Origin: Eledone cirrhosa
Taxonomy: Eukaryota
Length of the DNA: 64,000 bases
Direction: 5' to 3'
Assembly: GCA_964016885.1 (NCBI GenBank)
Contig: OZ024743.1
Location: 133,176,001-133,240,000, forward strand
The notes under the pieces were generated by a model. It made no database searches. It was not told where the DNA came from and was given only the letters and a program-made list of their open reading frames with translations. Made by a program: the position numbers and the translations under genes. Positions 51,901-62,739 of this stretch are shown one piece after another (the first letter of the stretch is position 1; each line of letters begins with the position of its first letter).

Positions 51901-54900
51901 TTGGTTCTTGGTGTTTGGTGCTTGGTTCTTGGTGTTTGGTGCTTGGTGCTTGGTGTTTGGTACTTGGTGCTTGGTGTTTGGTTTTTGATGCTTGGTGTTT
52001 GATGCTTGGTGCTTGGTGCTTGGTGTTAAGTGTTTGGGGCTTGGTGCTTGGTGCATGGTGCTTGGTGTTTGGTGCTTGGTGCCTGGTGCTTGGTGTTTGG
52101 TGCTTGGTGCTTGGTGCTTGGTGTTTGGTGCTTGGTATTTGGTGCTTGGTGCTTGGTGTTTGGTGCTTGGTGTTTGGTGCTTGGTGTTCGGTGCTTGGTG
52201 CTTGGTGTTTGGTGCTTGGTGTTAGGTGATTGGTGCTTGGTGCTTGGTGTTTGATGTTTGATCCTTGGTGCTTGGTGTTTGGTGCTTGGTGCTTGGTGTT
52301 TGGTGTTTGGTGCTTGCTGCTTGCTGCTTGGTGTTTGGTGCTTTGTGATTGGTGCTTGGTGTTGGGTACTTGGTGCTTGTTGTTTGGTGTTTGGTGCTAG
52401 GTGCTTGGTGCTTGGTGCTTGGGGTTTGGTGCTTGGTGCTTGGTGTTTGGTGTTTGGTGCTTGGTGCTTGGGGCTTGGTGTTTGGTGCTTTGTGCTTGGT
52501 GCTTGTTGTTTGTTGCTTGGTGCTTGGTGCTTCGTGTTTGGTGTTTGGTGTTTGGTGCTTGGTGTTTGGTGCTTGGTGGTTGGTGCTGGGTGGTTGGTGT
52601 TTGGTGCTTGGTGCTTGGTGTTTGGTGCTTGGTGCTTGGTGCTTGTTGTTTGGTGCTTGGTGCTTGGTGCTTGGTCTTTGGTGCTTGGAGTTTGGTGGTT
52701 GGTGCTTGGTGCTTGGTGTTTGGTGTTTGGTGTTTGCTGTTTGGTGTTTGCTGTTTGGTGTCTGCTTTTTGGTGTTTGGTGTTTGCTGTATGGTGTTTGC
52801 TGTTTCGTATTTGGTTTTTGCTGTTTGGTGTTTGGTGTTTGCTGTTTGGTGTTTGGTGTTTGGTGTTTGGTGCTTTGTGCTTGGTGCTTGGTGTTTGGTG
52901 TTTGGTGCTTGGTGCTTGGTGTTTGGTGCTTGGTGCTTGGTGTTTGGTGTTTGGTGCTTGGTGCCTGGTGCTTGTTGTATGCTGTTTGGTGCCTGGTGCT
53001 TGGTGTTTGGTGTTTGGTGTTTGGTGCTTGGTGTCTGGTGTTTGGTGTTTGGTGTTTGGTGCTTGGTGCTTGGTGTTTGGGTTTTGGTGCTTGGTGCTTG
53101 GTGTTTGGTGTTTGGTGCTTGGTGTTTGGTGCTTGGTGTTTGGTGCTGAGTGCTTGGTGTTTTGTGCTTGGTGCGTGGTGCTTGGTGTTTGGTGTTTGGT
53201 GCTTGGTGCTTGGTGTTTGGTGTTTGATGCTTGGTGTTTGATGCTTGTTGCTTGGTGCTTGGTGTTTTGTGTTTGGTGTTTGGTGCTTGGTGTATTTACT
53301 TGGTGCTTGGTTCTTGGTGTTTGGTGCTTGGTTCTTGGTGTTTGGTGATTGGTGCTTGGGGCTTGGTGTTTGGTGCTTGGTGCTTGGTGTTTGGTACTTG
53401 GTGCTTGGTGTTTGGTTTTTGATGCTTGGTGTTTGATGCTTGGTGCTTGGTGCTTGGTGTTAAGTGTTTGGGGCTTGGTGCTTGTTGCATGGTGCTTGGT
53501 GTTTGGTGCTTGGTGCCTGGTGCTTGGTCTTTGGTGCTTGGTATTTGGTGCTTGGTGCTTGGTGTTTGGTGCTTGGTGTTTGGTGCTTGGTGTTCGGTGC
53601 TTGGTGCTTGGTGTTTGGTGCTTGGTGTTAGGTGATTGGTGCTTGGTGCTTGGTGTTTTATGTTTGATCCTTGGTGCTTGGTGTTTGGTGCTTGGTGCTT
53701 GGTGTTTGGCGTTTGGTGCTTGGTGCCTGGTGCTTGTTGTATGCTGTTTGGTGCTTGGTGCTTGGTGTTTGGTGTTTGCTGCTTGTTGTCTGGTGTTTGG
53801 TGCTTGGTGTTTGGTGTTTGGTGCTTGGTGCTTGGTGCTTGGTATTTGGTGTTTGGTGCTTGGTGCTTGGTGTTTGTTGTTTGGTGCTGGGTGCTTGGAG
53901 TTTGGTTCTTGGTGCTTGGTGCTTAGTGCTTGGTGTTTGGTGTTTGGTGCTTGGTGTTGGGTGTTTGGTGTTTGATGCTTGGTGTGTGCTGCTTGGTGCT
54001 TGGTGCTTGGTGTTTTTTGTTTGGTGCTTGGTGCTTGGTGCCTGGTGCTTGGTGCTTGGTGCTTGTTGTTTGGTGCTTGGTGCTTGGTGATTAGTGTTTG
54101 GTGCTTGGTGCTTGGGGTTTGCTGTTTGGTGCTTGGTGCTTGGTGTTTGGTGTTTGGTGTTTGGTGCTTGGTGTCTGGTGTTTGGTGTTTGGTGTTTGGT
54201 GCTTGGTGCTTGGTGTTTGGGTTTTGGTGCTTGGTGCTTGGTGTTTGGTGTTTGGTGCTTGGTGTTTGGTGCTTGGTGTTTGGTGCTGAGTGCTTGGTGT
54301 TTTGTGCTTGGTGCGTGGTGCTTGGTGTTTGGTGTTTGGCGCTTGGTGCTTGGTGTTTGGTGTTTGATGCTTGGTGTTTGATGCTTGTTGCTTGGTGCTT
54401 GGTGTTTTGTGTTTGGTGTTTCGTGCTTGGTGTATGTACTTGTTGCTTGGTTCTTGGTGTTTGGTGCTTGGTTCTTGGTGTTTGGTGATTGGTGCTTGGT
54501 GCTTGGTGTTTGGTGCTTGGTGCTTGGTGTTTGGTACTTGGTGCTTGGTGTTTGGTTTTTGATGCTTGGTGTTTGATGCTTGGTGCTTGGTGCTTGGTGT
54601 TTAAGTGTTTGGGGCTTGGTGCTTGGTGCATGGTGCTTGGTGTTTGGTGCTTGGTGCCTGGTGCTTGGTGTTTGGTGCTTGGTGCTTGGTGCTTGGTGTT
54701 TGGTGCTTGGTATTTGGTGCTTGGTGCTTGGTGTTTGGTGCTTGGTGTTTGGTGCTTGGTGTTCGGTGCTTGGTGCTTGGTGTTTGGTGCTTGGTGTTAG
54801 GTGATTGGTGCTTGGTGCTTGGTGTTTGATGTTTGATCCTTGGTGCTTGGTGTTTGGTGCTTGGTGCTTGGTGTTTGGTGTTTGGTGCTTGTTGCTTGCT

Positions 54901-57900
54901 GCTTGGTGTTTGGTGCTTGGTGATTGGTGCTTGGTGTTGGGTACTTGGTGCTTGTTGTTTGGTGTTTGGTGCTAGGTGCTTGATGCTTGGTGCTTGGGGT
55001 TTGGTGCTTGGTGCTTGGTGTTAGGTGATTGGTGCTTGGTGCTTGGTGTTTTATGTTTGATCCTTGGTGCTTGGTGTTTGGTGCTTGGTGCTTGGTGTTT
55101 GGTGTTTGGTGCTTGGTGCCTGGTGCTTGTTGTATGCTGTTTGGTGCTTGGTGCTTGGTGTTTGGTGTTTGCTGCTTGTTGTCTGGTGTTTGGTGCTTGG
55201 TGTTTGGTGTTTGGTGCTTGGTGCTTGGTGCTTGGTATTTGGTGTTTGGTGCTTGGTGCTTGGTGTTTGTTGTTTGGTGCTGGGTGCTTGGAGTTTGGTT
55301 CTTGGTGCTTGGTGCTTAGTGCTTGGTGTTTGGTGTTTGGTGCTTGGTGTTGGGTGTTTGGTGTTTGATGCTTGGTGTGTGCTGCTTGGTGCTTGGTGCT
55401 TGGTGTTTTTTGTTTGGTGCTTGGTGCTTGGTGCCTGGTGCTTGGTGCTTGGTGCTTGTTGTTTGGTGCTTGGTGCTTGGTGATTAGTGTTTGGTGCTTG
55501 GTGCTTGGGGTTTGCTGTTTGGTGCTTGGTGCTTGGTGTTTGGTGTTTGGTGTTTGGTGCTTGGTGTCTGGTGTTTGGTGTTTGGTGTTTGGTGCTTGGT
55601 GCTTGGTGTTTGGGTTTTGGTGCTTGGTGCTTGGTGTTTGGTGTTTGGTGCTTGGTGTTTGGTGCTTGGTGTTTGGTGCTGAGTGCTTGGTGTTTTGTGC
55701 TTGGTGCGTGGTGCTTGGTGTTTGGTGTTTGGCGCTTGGTGCTTGGTGTTTGGTGTTTGATGCTTGGTGTTTGATGCTTGTTGCTTGGTGCTTGGTGTTT
55801 TGTGTTTGGTGTTTCGTGCTTGGTGTATGTACTTGTTGCTTGGTTCTTGGTGTTTGGTGCTTGGTTCCTGGTGTTTGGTGATTGGTGCTTGGTGCTTGGT
55901 GTTTGGTGCTTGGTGCTTGGTGTTTGGTACTTGGTGCTTGGTGTTTGGTTTTTGATGCTTGGTGTTTGATGCTTGGTGCTTGGTGCTTGGTGTTTAAGTG
56001 TTTGGGGCTTGGTGCTTGGTGCATGGTGCTTGGTGTTTGGTGCTTGGTGCCTGGTGCTTGGTGTTTGGTGCTTGGTGCTTGGTGCTTGGTGTTTGGTGCT
56101 TGGTATTTGGTGCTTGGTGCTTGGTGTTTGGTGCTTGGTGTTTGGTGCTTGGTGTTCGGTGCTTGGTGCTTGGTGTTTGGTGCTTGGTGTTAGGTGATTG
56201 GTGCTTGGTGCTTGGTGTTTGATGTTTGATCCTTGGTGCTTGGTGTTTGGTGCTTGGTGCTTGGTGTTTGGTGTTTGGTGCTTGTTGCTTGCTGCTTGGT
56301 GTTTGGTGCTTGGTGATTGGTGCTTGGTGTTGGGTACTTGGTGCTTGTTGTTTGGTGTTTGGTGCTAGGTGCTTGATGCTTGGTGCTTGGGGTTTGGTGC
56401 TTGGTGCTTGGTGTTTGGTGTTTGGTGCTTGGTGCTCGGGGCTTGGTGTTTGGTGCTTTGTGCTTGGTGCTTGGTGTTTGGTGCTTGGTGCTTGGTGCTT
56501 CGTGTTTGGTGTTTGGTGTTTGGTGCTTGGTGTTTGGTGCTTGGTGCTTGGTGCTGGGTGGTTGGTGTTTGGTGCTTGGTGCTTGGTGTTTGGTGCTTGG
56601 TGGTTGGTGCTTGGGGTTTGGTGCTTGGTGCTTGGTGCTTGGTGCTTGGTCTTTGGTGCTTGGTGTTTGGTGTTTGGTGCTTGGTGCTTGGTGTTTGATG
56701 CTTGGTGCTTGGTGATTGGTGTTTGGTGCTTGGTGCTTGGTGCTTGGTGATTAGTGTTTGGTGCTTGGTGCTTGGTGCCTGGTGCTTGGTGCTTGGTGCT
56801 TGTTGTTTGATGCTTGGTGCTTGGTGATTAGTGTTTGGTGCTTGGTGCTTGGGGTTTGGTGTTTGGTGCTTGGGGTTTGGTGTTTGGTGCTTGGTGCTTG
56901 GTGTTTGGTGCTTGGTGCTTGGTGTTTGGTGCTTGGTGCTTTGTGTTTGATGCTTGGTGTTTGGTGCTTGGTGCTTGATGCTTGGTGCTTGGTGTTAGGT
57001 GTTTGGTGCTTGGTGCTTGGTGTTTGATGTTTGGTCCTTGGTGCTTGGTGTTTGGTGTTTGGTGCTTGGTGCTAGGTGTTTTGTGTGTGGTGCTTGCTGC
57101 TTGGTGCTTGGTGTTTTGTGTTAGGAGTTTGGTGCTTGATGTTTGGTGCTTCGGTCTTGGTGCTTGGTGTTTGGTGTTTGGTGTTTGGTGTATGGTGCTT
57201 GGTGCTTGGTGTTTGGTGCTTCGTGCTTGGTGCTTGGTGTTTGGTGCATGGTGCTTGGTGTTTGGGGCTTGGTGCCTGGTGCTTTGTGTTTGCTGCTAGG
57301 TGCTTGGTGCTTGGTGTTAGGCGTTTGGTGCTTGGTGCTTGGTGTTTGATGTTTGGTCCTTGGTGCTTGGTGTTTGGTATTTGGTGCTTGGTGCTTGGTG
57401 TTTGGTGTTTGGTGCTTGCTGCTTGCTGCTTGGTGTTTGGTGCTTGGTGATTGGTCCTTGGTGTTTTGTGCTTGGTGCTTGGTGTTTGGTGTTTGGTGCT
57501 AGGGGCTTGGTGCTTGGTGCTTGGTGTTTGGTGCTTGGTGCTTGGTGTTTGGTGTTTGGTGCTTGGTGCGTGGGACTTGGTGTTTGGTGCTTGGTGTTTG
57601 GTGCTTGGTGCCTGGTGCTTGGTGTTTGATGTTTGATCCTTGGTGCTTGGTGTTTGGTGCTTGGTGCTTGGTGTTTGGTGTTTGGTGCTTGCTGCTTGCT
57701 GCTTGGTGTTTGGTGCTTGGTGATTGGTGCTTGGTGTTGGGTACTTGGTGCTTGTTGTTTGGTGTTTGGTGCTAGGTGATTGGTGCTTGGGGTTTGGTGC
57801 TTGGTGCTTGGTGTTTGGTGTTTGGTGCTTGGTGCTTGGGGCTTGGTGTTTGGTGCTTTGTGCTTGGTGCTTGTTGTTTGGTGCTTGGTGCTTGGTGCTT

Positions 57901-59645
57901 CGTGTTTGGTGTTTGGTGTTTGGTGCTTGGTGTTTGGTGCTTGGTGCTTGGTGCTGGGTGGTTGGTGTTTGGTGCTTGGTGCTTGGTGTTTGGTGCTTGG
58001 TGCTTGGTGCTTGTTGTTTGGTTCTTGGTGTTTGGTGCTTGGTTCTTGGTGTTTGGTGCTTGGTGCTTGGTGTTTGGTACTTGGTGCTTGGTGTTTGGTT
58101 TTTGATGCTTGGTGTTTGATGCTTGGTGCTTGGTGCTTGGTGTTAAGTGTTTGGGGCTTGGTGCTTGGTGCATGGTGCTTGGTGTTTGGTGCTTGGTGCC
58201 TGGTGCTTGGTGTTTGGTGCTTGGTGCTTGGTGCTAGGTGTTTGGTGCTTGGTATTTGGTGCTTGGTGCTTGGTGTTTGGTGCTTGGTGTTTGGTGCTTG
58301 GTGTTCGGTGCTTGGTGCTTGGTGTTTGGTGCTTGGTGTTAGGTGATTGGTGCTTGGTGCTTGGTGTTTGATGTTTGATCCTTGGTGCTTGGTGTTTGGT
58401 GCTTGGTGCTTGGTGTTTGGTGTTTGGTGCTTGCTGCTTGCTGCTTGGTGTTTGGTGCTTGGTGATTGGTGCTTGGTGTTGGGTACTTGGTGCTTGTTGT
58501 TTGGTGTTTGGTGCTAGGTGCTTGGTGCTTGGTGCTTGGGGTTTGGTGCTTGGTGCTTGGTGTTTGGTGTTTGGTGCTTGGTGCTTGGGGCTTGGTGTTT
58601 GGTGCTTTGTGCTTGGTGCTTGTTGTTTGTTGCTTGGTGCTTGGTGCTTCGTGTTTGGTGTTTGGTGTTTGGTGCTTGGTGTTTGGTGCTTGGTGGTTGG
58701 TGCTGGGTGGTTGGTGTTTGGTGCTTGGTGCTTGGTGTTTGGTGCTTGGTGCTTGGTGCTTGTTGTTTGGTGCTTGGTGCTTGGTGCTTGGTCTTTGGTG
58801 CTTGGAGTTTGGTGGTTGGTGCTTGGTGCTTGGTGTTTGGTGTTTGGTGTTTGCTGTTTGGTGTTTGCTGTTTGGTGTCTGCTTTTTGGTGTTTGGTGTT
58901 TGCTGTATGGTGTTTGCTGTTTCGTATTTGGTTTTTGCTGTTTGGTGTTTGGTGTTTGCTGTTTGGTGTTTGGTGTTTGGTGTTTGGTGCTTTGTGCTTG
59001 GTGCTTGGTGTTTGGTGTTTGGTGCTTGGTGCTTGGTGTTTGGTGCTTGGTGCTTGGTGTTTGGTGTTTGGTGCTTGGTGCCTGGTGCTTGTTGTATGCT
59101 GTTTGGTGCCTGGTGCTTGGTGTTTGGTGTTTGGTGTTTGGTGCTTGGTGTCTGGTGTTTGGTGTTTGGTGTTTGGTGCTTGGTGCTTGGTGTTTGGGTT
59201 TTGGTGCTTGGTGCTTGGTGTTTGGTGTTTGGTGCTTGGTGTTTGGTGCTTGGTGTTTGGTGCTGAGTGCTTGGTGTTTTGTGCTTGGTGCGTGGTGCTT
59301 GGTGTTTGGTGTTTGGTGCTTGGTGCTTGGTGTTTGGTGTTTGATGCTTGGTGTTTGATGCTTGTTGCTTGGTGCTTGGTGTTTTGTGTTTGGTGTTTGG
59401 TGCTTGGTGTATGTACTTGGTGCTTGGTTCTTGGTGTTTGGTGCTTGGTTCTTGGTGTTTGGTGATTGGTGCTTGGGGCTTGGTGTTTGGTGCTTGGTGC
59501 TTGGTGTTTGGTACTTGGTGCTTGGTGTTTGGTTTTTGATGCTTGGTGTTTGATGCTTGGTGCTTGGTGCTTGGTGTTAAGTGTTTGGGGCTTGGTGCTT
59601 GTTGCATGGTGCTTGGTGTTTGGTGCTTGGTGCCTGGTGCTTGGT
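51901..59645 (-). repeat. 1.6-kb near-identical direct repeat, 51901-53528 and 58018-59645 (offset 6117)
   Basis: ORFs at 52258, 52349, 52401 and 53231 recur at 58375, 58466, 58518 and 59348. Confidence 0.88.
53615..56415 (-). repeat. Near-identical tandem duplication, period 1393 bp (199 x 7)
   Basis: ORFs from 53636 to 54833 recur at +1393 (55029 ... 56226), with only a couple of visible substitutions. Confidence 0.9.
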
Positions 59646-62600
59646 GTTTGGTGCTTGGTGCTTGGTGCTTGGTGTTTGGTGCTTGGTATTTGGTGCTTGG
59701 TGCTTGGTGTTTGGTGCTTGGTGTTTGGTGCTTGGTGTTCGGTGCTTGGTGCTTGGTGTTTGGTGCTTGGTGTTAGGTGATTGGTGCTTGGTGCTTGGTG
59801 TTTTATGTTTGATCCTTGGTGCTTGGTGTTTGGTGCCTGGTGCTTGTTGTATGCTGTTTGGTGCTTGGTGCTTGGTGTTTGGTGTTTGCTGCTTGTTGTC
59901 TGGTGTTTGGTGCTTGGTGTTTGGTGTTTGGTGCTTGGTGCTTGGTGCTTGGTATTTGGTGTTTGGTGCTTGGTGCTTGGTGTTTGTTGTTTGGTGCTGG
60001 GTGCTTGGAGTTTGGTTCTTGGTGCTTGGTGCTTAGTGCTTGGTGTTTGGTGTTTGGTGCTTGGTGTTGGGTGTTTGGTGTTTGATGCTTGGTGTGTGCT
60101 GCTTGGTGCTTGGTGCTTGGTGTTTTTTGTTTGGTGCTTGGTGCTTGGTGCCTGGTGCTTGGTGCTTGGTGCTTGTTGTTTGGTGCTTGGTGCTTGGTGA
60201 TTAGTGTTTGGTGCTTGGTGCTTGGGGTTTGCTGTTTGGTGCTTGGTGCTTGGTGTTTGGTGTTTGGTGTTTGGTGCTTGGTGTCTGGTGTTTGGTGTTT
60301 GGTGTTTGGTGCTTGGTGCTTGGTGTTTGGGTTTTGGTGCTTGGTGCTTGGTGTTTGGTGTTTGGTGCTTGGTGTTTGGTGCTTGGTGTTTGGTGCTGAG
60401 TGCTTGGTGTTTTGTGCTTGGTGCGTGGTGCTTGGTGTTTGGTGTTTGGCGCTTGGTGCTTGGTGTTTGGTGTTTGATGCTTGGTGTTTGATGCTTGTTG
60501 CTTGGTGCTTGGTGTTTTGTGTTTGGTGTTTCGTGCTTGGTGTATGTACTTGTTGCTTGGTTCTTGGTGTTTGGTGCTTGGTTCTTGGTGTTTGGTGATT
60601 GGTGCTTGTTGCTTGGTGTTTGGTGCTTGGTGCTTGGTGTTTGGTACTTGGTGCTTGGTGTTTGGTTTTTGATGCTTGGTGTTTGATGCTTGGTGCTTGG
60701 TGCTTGGTGTTTAAGTGTTTGGGGCTTGGTGCTTGGTGCATGGTGCTTGGTGTTTGGTGCTTGGTGCCTGGTGCTTGGTGTTTGGTGCTTGGTGCTTGGT
60801 GCTTGGTGTTTGGTGCTTGGTATTTGGTGCTTGGTGCTTGGTGTTTGGTGCTTGGTGTTTGGTGCTTGGTGTTCGGTGCTTGGTGCTTGGTGTTTGGTGC
60901 TTGGTGTTAGGTGATTGGTGCTTGGTGCTTGGTGTTTGATGTTTGATCCTTGGTGCTTGGTGTTTGGTGCTTGGTGCTTGGTGTTTGGTGTTTGGTGCTT
61001 GTTGCTTGCTGCTTGGTGTTTGGTGCTTGGTGATTGGTGCTTGGTGTTGGGTACTTGGTGCTTGTTGTTTGGTGTTTGGTGCTAGGTGCTTGATGCTTGG
61101 TGCTTGGGGTTTGGTGCTTGGTGCTTGGTGTTTGGTGTTTGGTGCTTGGTGCTTGGGGCTTGGCGTTTGGTGCTTTGTGCTTGGTGCTTGGTGTTTGGTG
61201 CTTGGTGCTTGGTGCTTCGTGTTTGGTGTTTGGTGTTTGGTGCTTGGTGTTTGGTGCTTGGTGCTTGGTGCTGGGTGGTTGGTGTTTGGTGCTTGGTGCT
61301 TGGTGTTTGGTGCTTGGTGGTTGGTGCTTGGGGTTTGGTGCTTGGTGCTTGGTGCTTGGTGCTTGGTCTTTGGTGCTTGGTGTTTGGTGTTTGGTGCTTG
61401 GTGCTTGGTGTTTGATGCTTGGTGCTTGGTGATTGGTGTTTGGTGCTTGGTGCTTGGTGCTTGGTGATTAGTGTTTGGTGCTTGGTGCTTGGTGCCTGGT
61501 GCTTGGTGCTTGGTGCTTGTTGTTTGATGCTTGGTGCTTGGTGATTAGTGTTTGGTGCTTGGTGCTTGGGGTTTGGTGTTTGGTGCTTGGGGTTTGGTGT
61601 TTGGTCCTTGGTGCTTGGTGTTTGGTGCTTGGTGCTTGGTGTTTGGTGCTTGGTGCTTTGTGTTTGATGCTTGGTGTTTGGTGCTTGGTGCTTGATGCTT
61701 GGTGCTTGGTGTTAGGTGTTTGGTGCTTGGTGCTTGGTGTTTGATGTTTGGTCCTTGGTGCTTGGTGTTTGGTGTTTGGTGCTTGGTGCTAGGTGTTTTG
61801 TGTGTGGTGCTTGCTGCTTGGTGCTTGGTGTTTTGTGTTAGGAGTTTGGTGCTTGATGTTTGGTGCTTCGGTCTTGGTGCTTGGTGTTTGGTGTTTGGTG
61901 TTTGGTGTATGGTGCTTGGTGCTTGGTGTTTGGTGCTTCGTGCTTGGTGCTTGGTGTTTGGTGCATGGTGCTTGGTGTTTGGGGCTTGGTGCCTGGTGCT
62001 TTGTGTTTGCTGCTAGGTGCTTGGTGCTTGGTGTTAGGCGTTTGGTGCTTGGTGCTTGGTGTTTGATGTTTGGTCCTTGGTGCTTGGTGTTTGGTATTTG
62101 GTGCTTGGTGCTTGGTGTTTGGTGTTTGGTGCTTGCTGCTTGCTGCTTGGTGTTTGGTGCTTGGTGATTGGTGCTTGGTGTTTTGTGCTTGGTGCTTGGT
62201 GTTTGGTGTTTGGTGCTAGGGGCTTGGTGCTTGGTGCTTGGTGTTTGGTGCTTGGTGCTTGGTGTTTGGTGTTTGGTGCTTGGTGCGTGGGACTTGGTGT
62301 TTGGTGCTTGGTGTTTGGTGCTTGGTGCTTGGTGCTTGGTGTTTGATGTTTGATCCTTGGTGCTTGGTGTTTGGTGCTTGGTGCTTGGTGTTTGGTGTTT
62401 GGTGCTTGCTGCTTGCTGCTTGGTGTTTGGTGCTTGGTGATTGGTGCTTGGTGTTGGGTACTTGGTGCTTGTTGTTTGGTGTTTGGTGCTAGGTGATTGG
62501 TGCTTGGGGTTTGGTGCTTGGTGCTTGGTGTTTGGTGTTTGGTGCTTGGTGCCTGGGGCTTGGTGTTTGGTGCTTTGTGCTTGGTGCTTGTTGTTTGGTG

Positions 62601-62739
62601 CTTGGTGCTTGGTGCTTCGTGTTTGGTGTTTGGTGTTTGGTGCTTGGTGTTTGGTGCTTGGTGCTTGGTGCTGGGTGGTTGGTGTTTGGTGCTTGGTGCT
62701 TGGTGTTTGGTGCTTGGTGCTTGGTGCTTGTTGTTTGGT
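55113..62739 (-). repeat. 2.9-kb near-identical direct repeat, 55113-58022 and 59830-62739 (offset 4717)
   Basis: ORFs at 55372, 56226, 56758, 57339 and 57724 recur at 60089, 60943, 61475, 62056 and 62441. Confidence 0.88.
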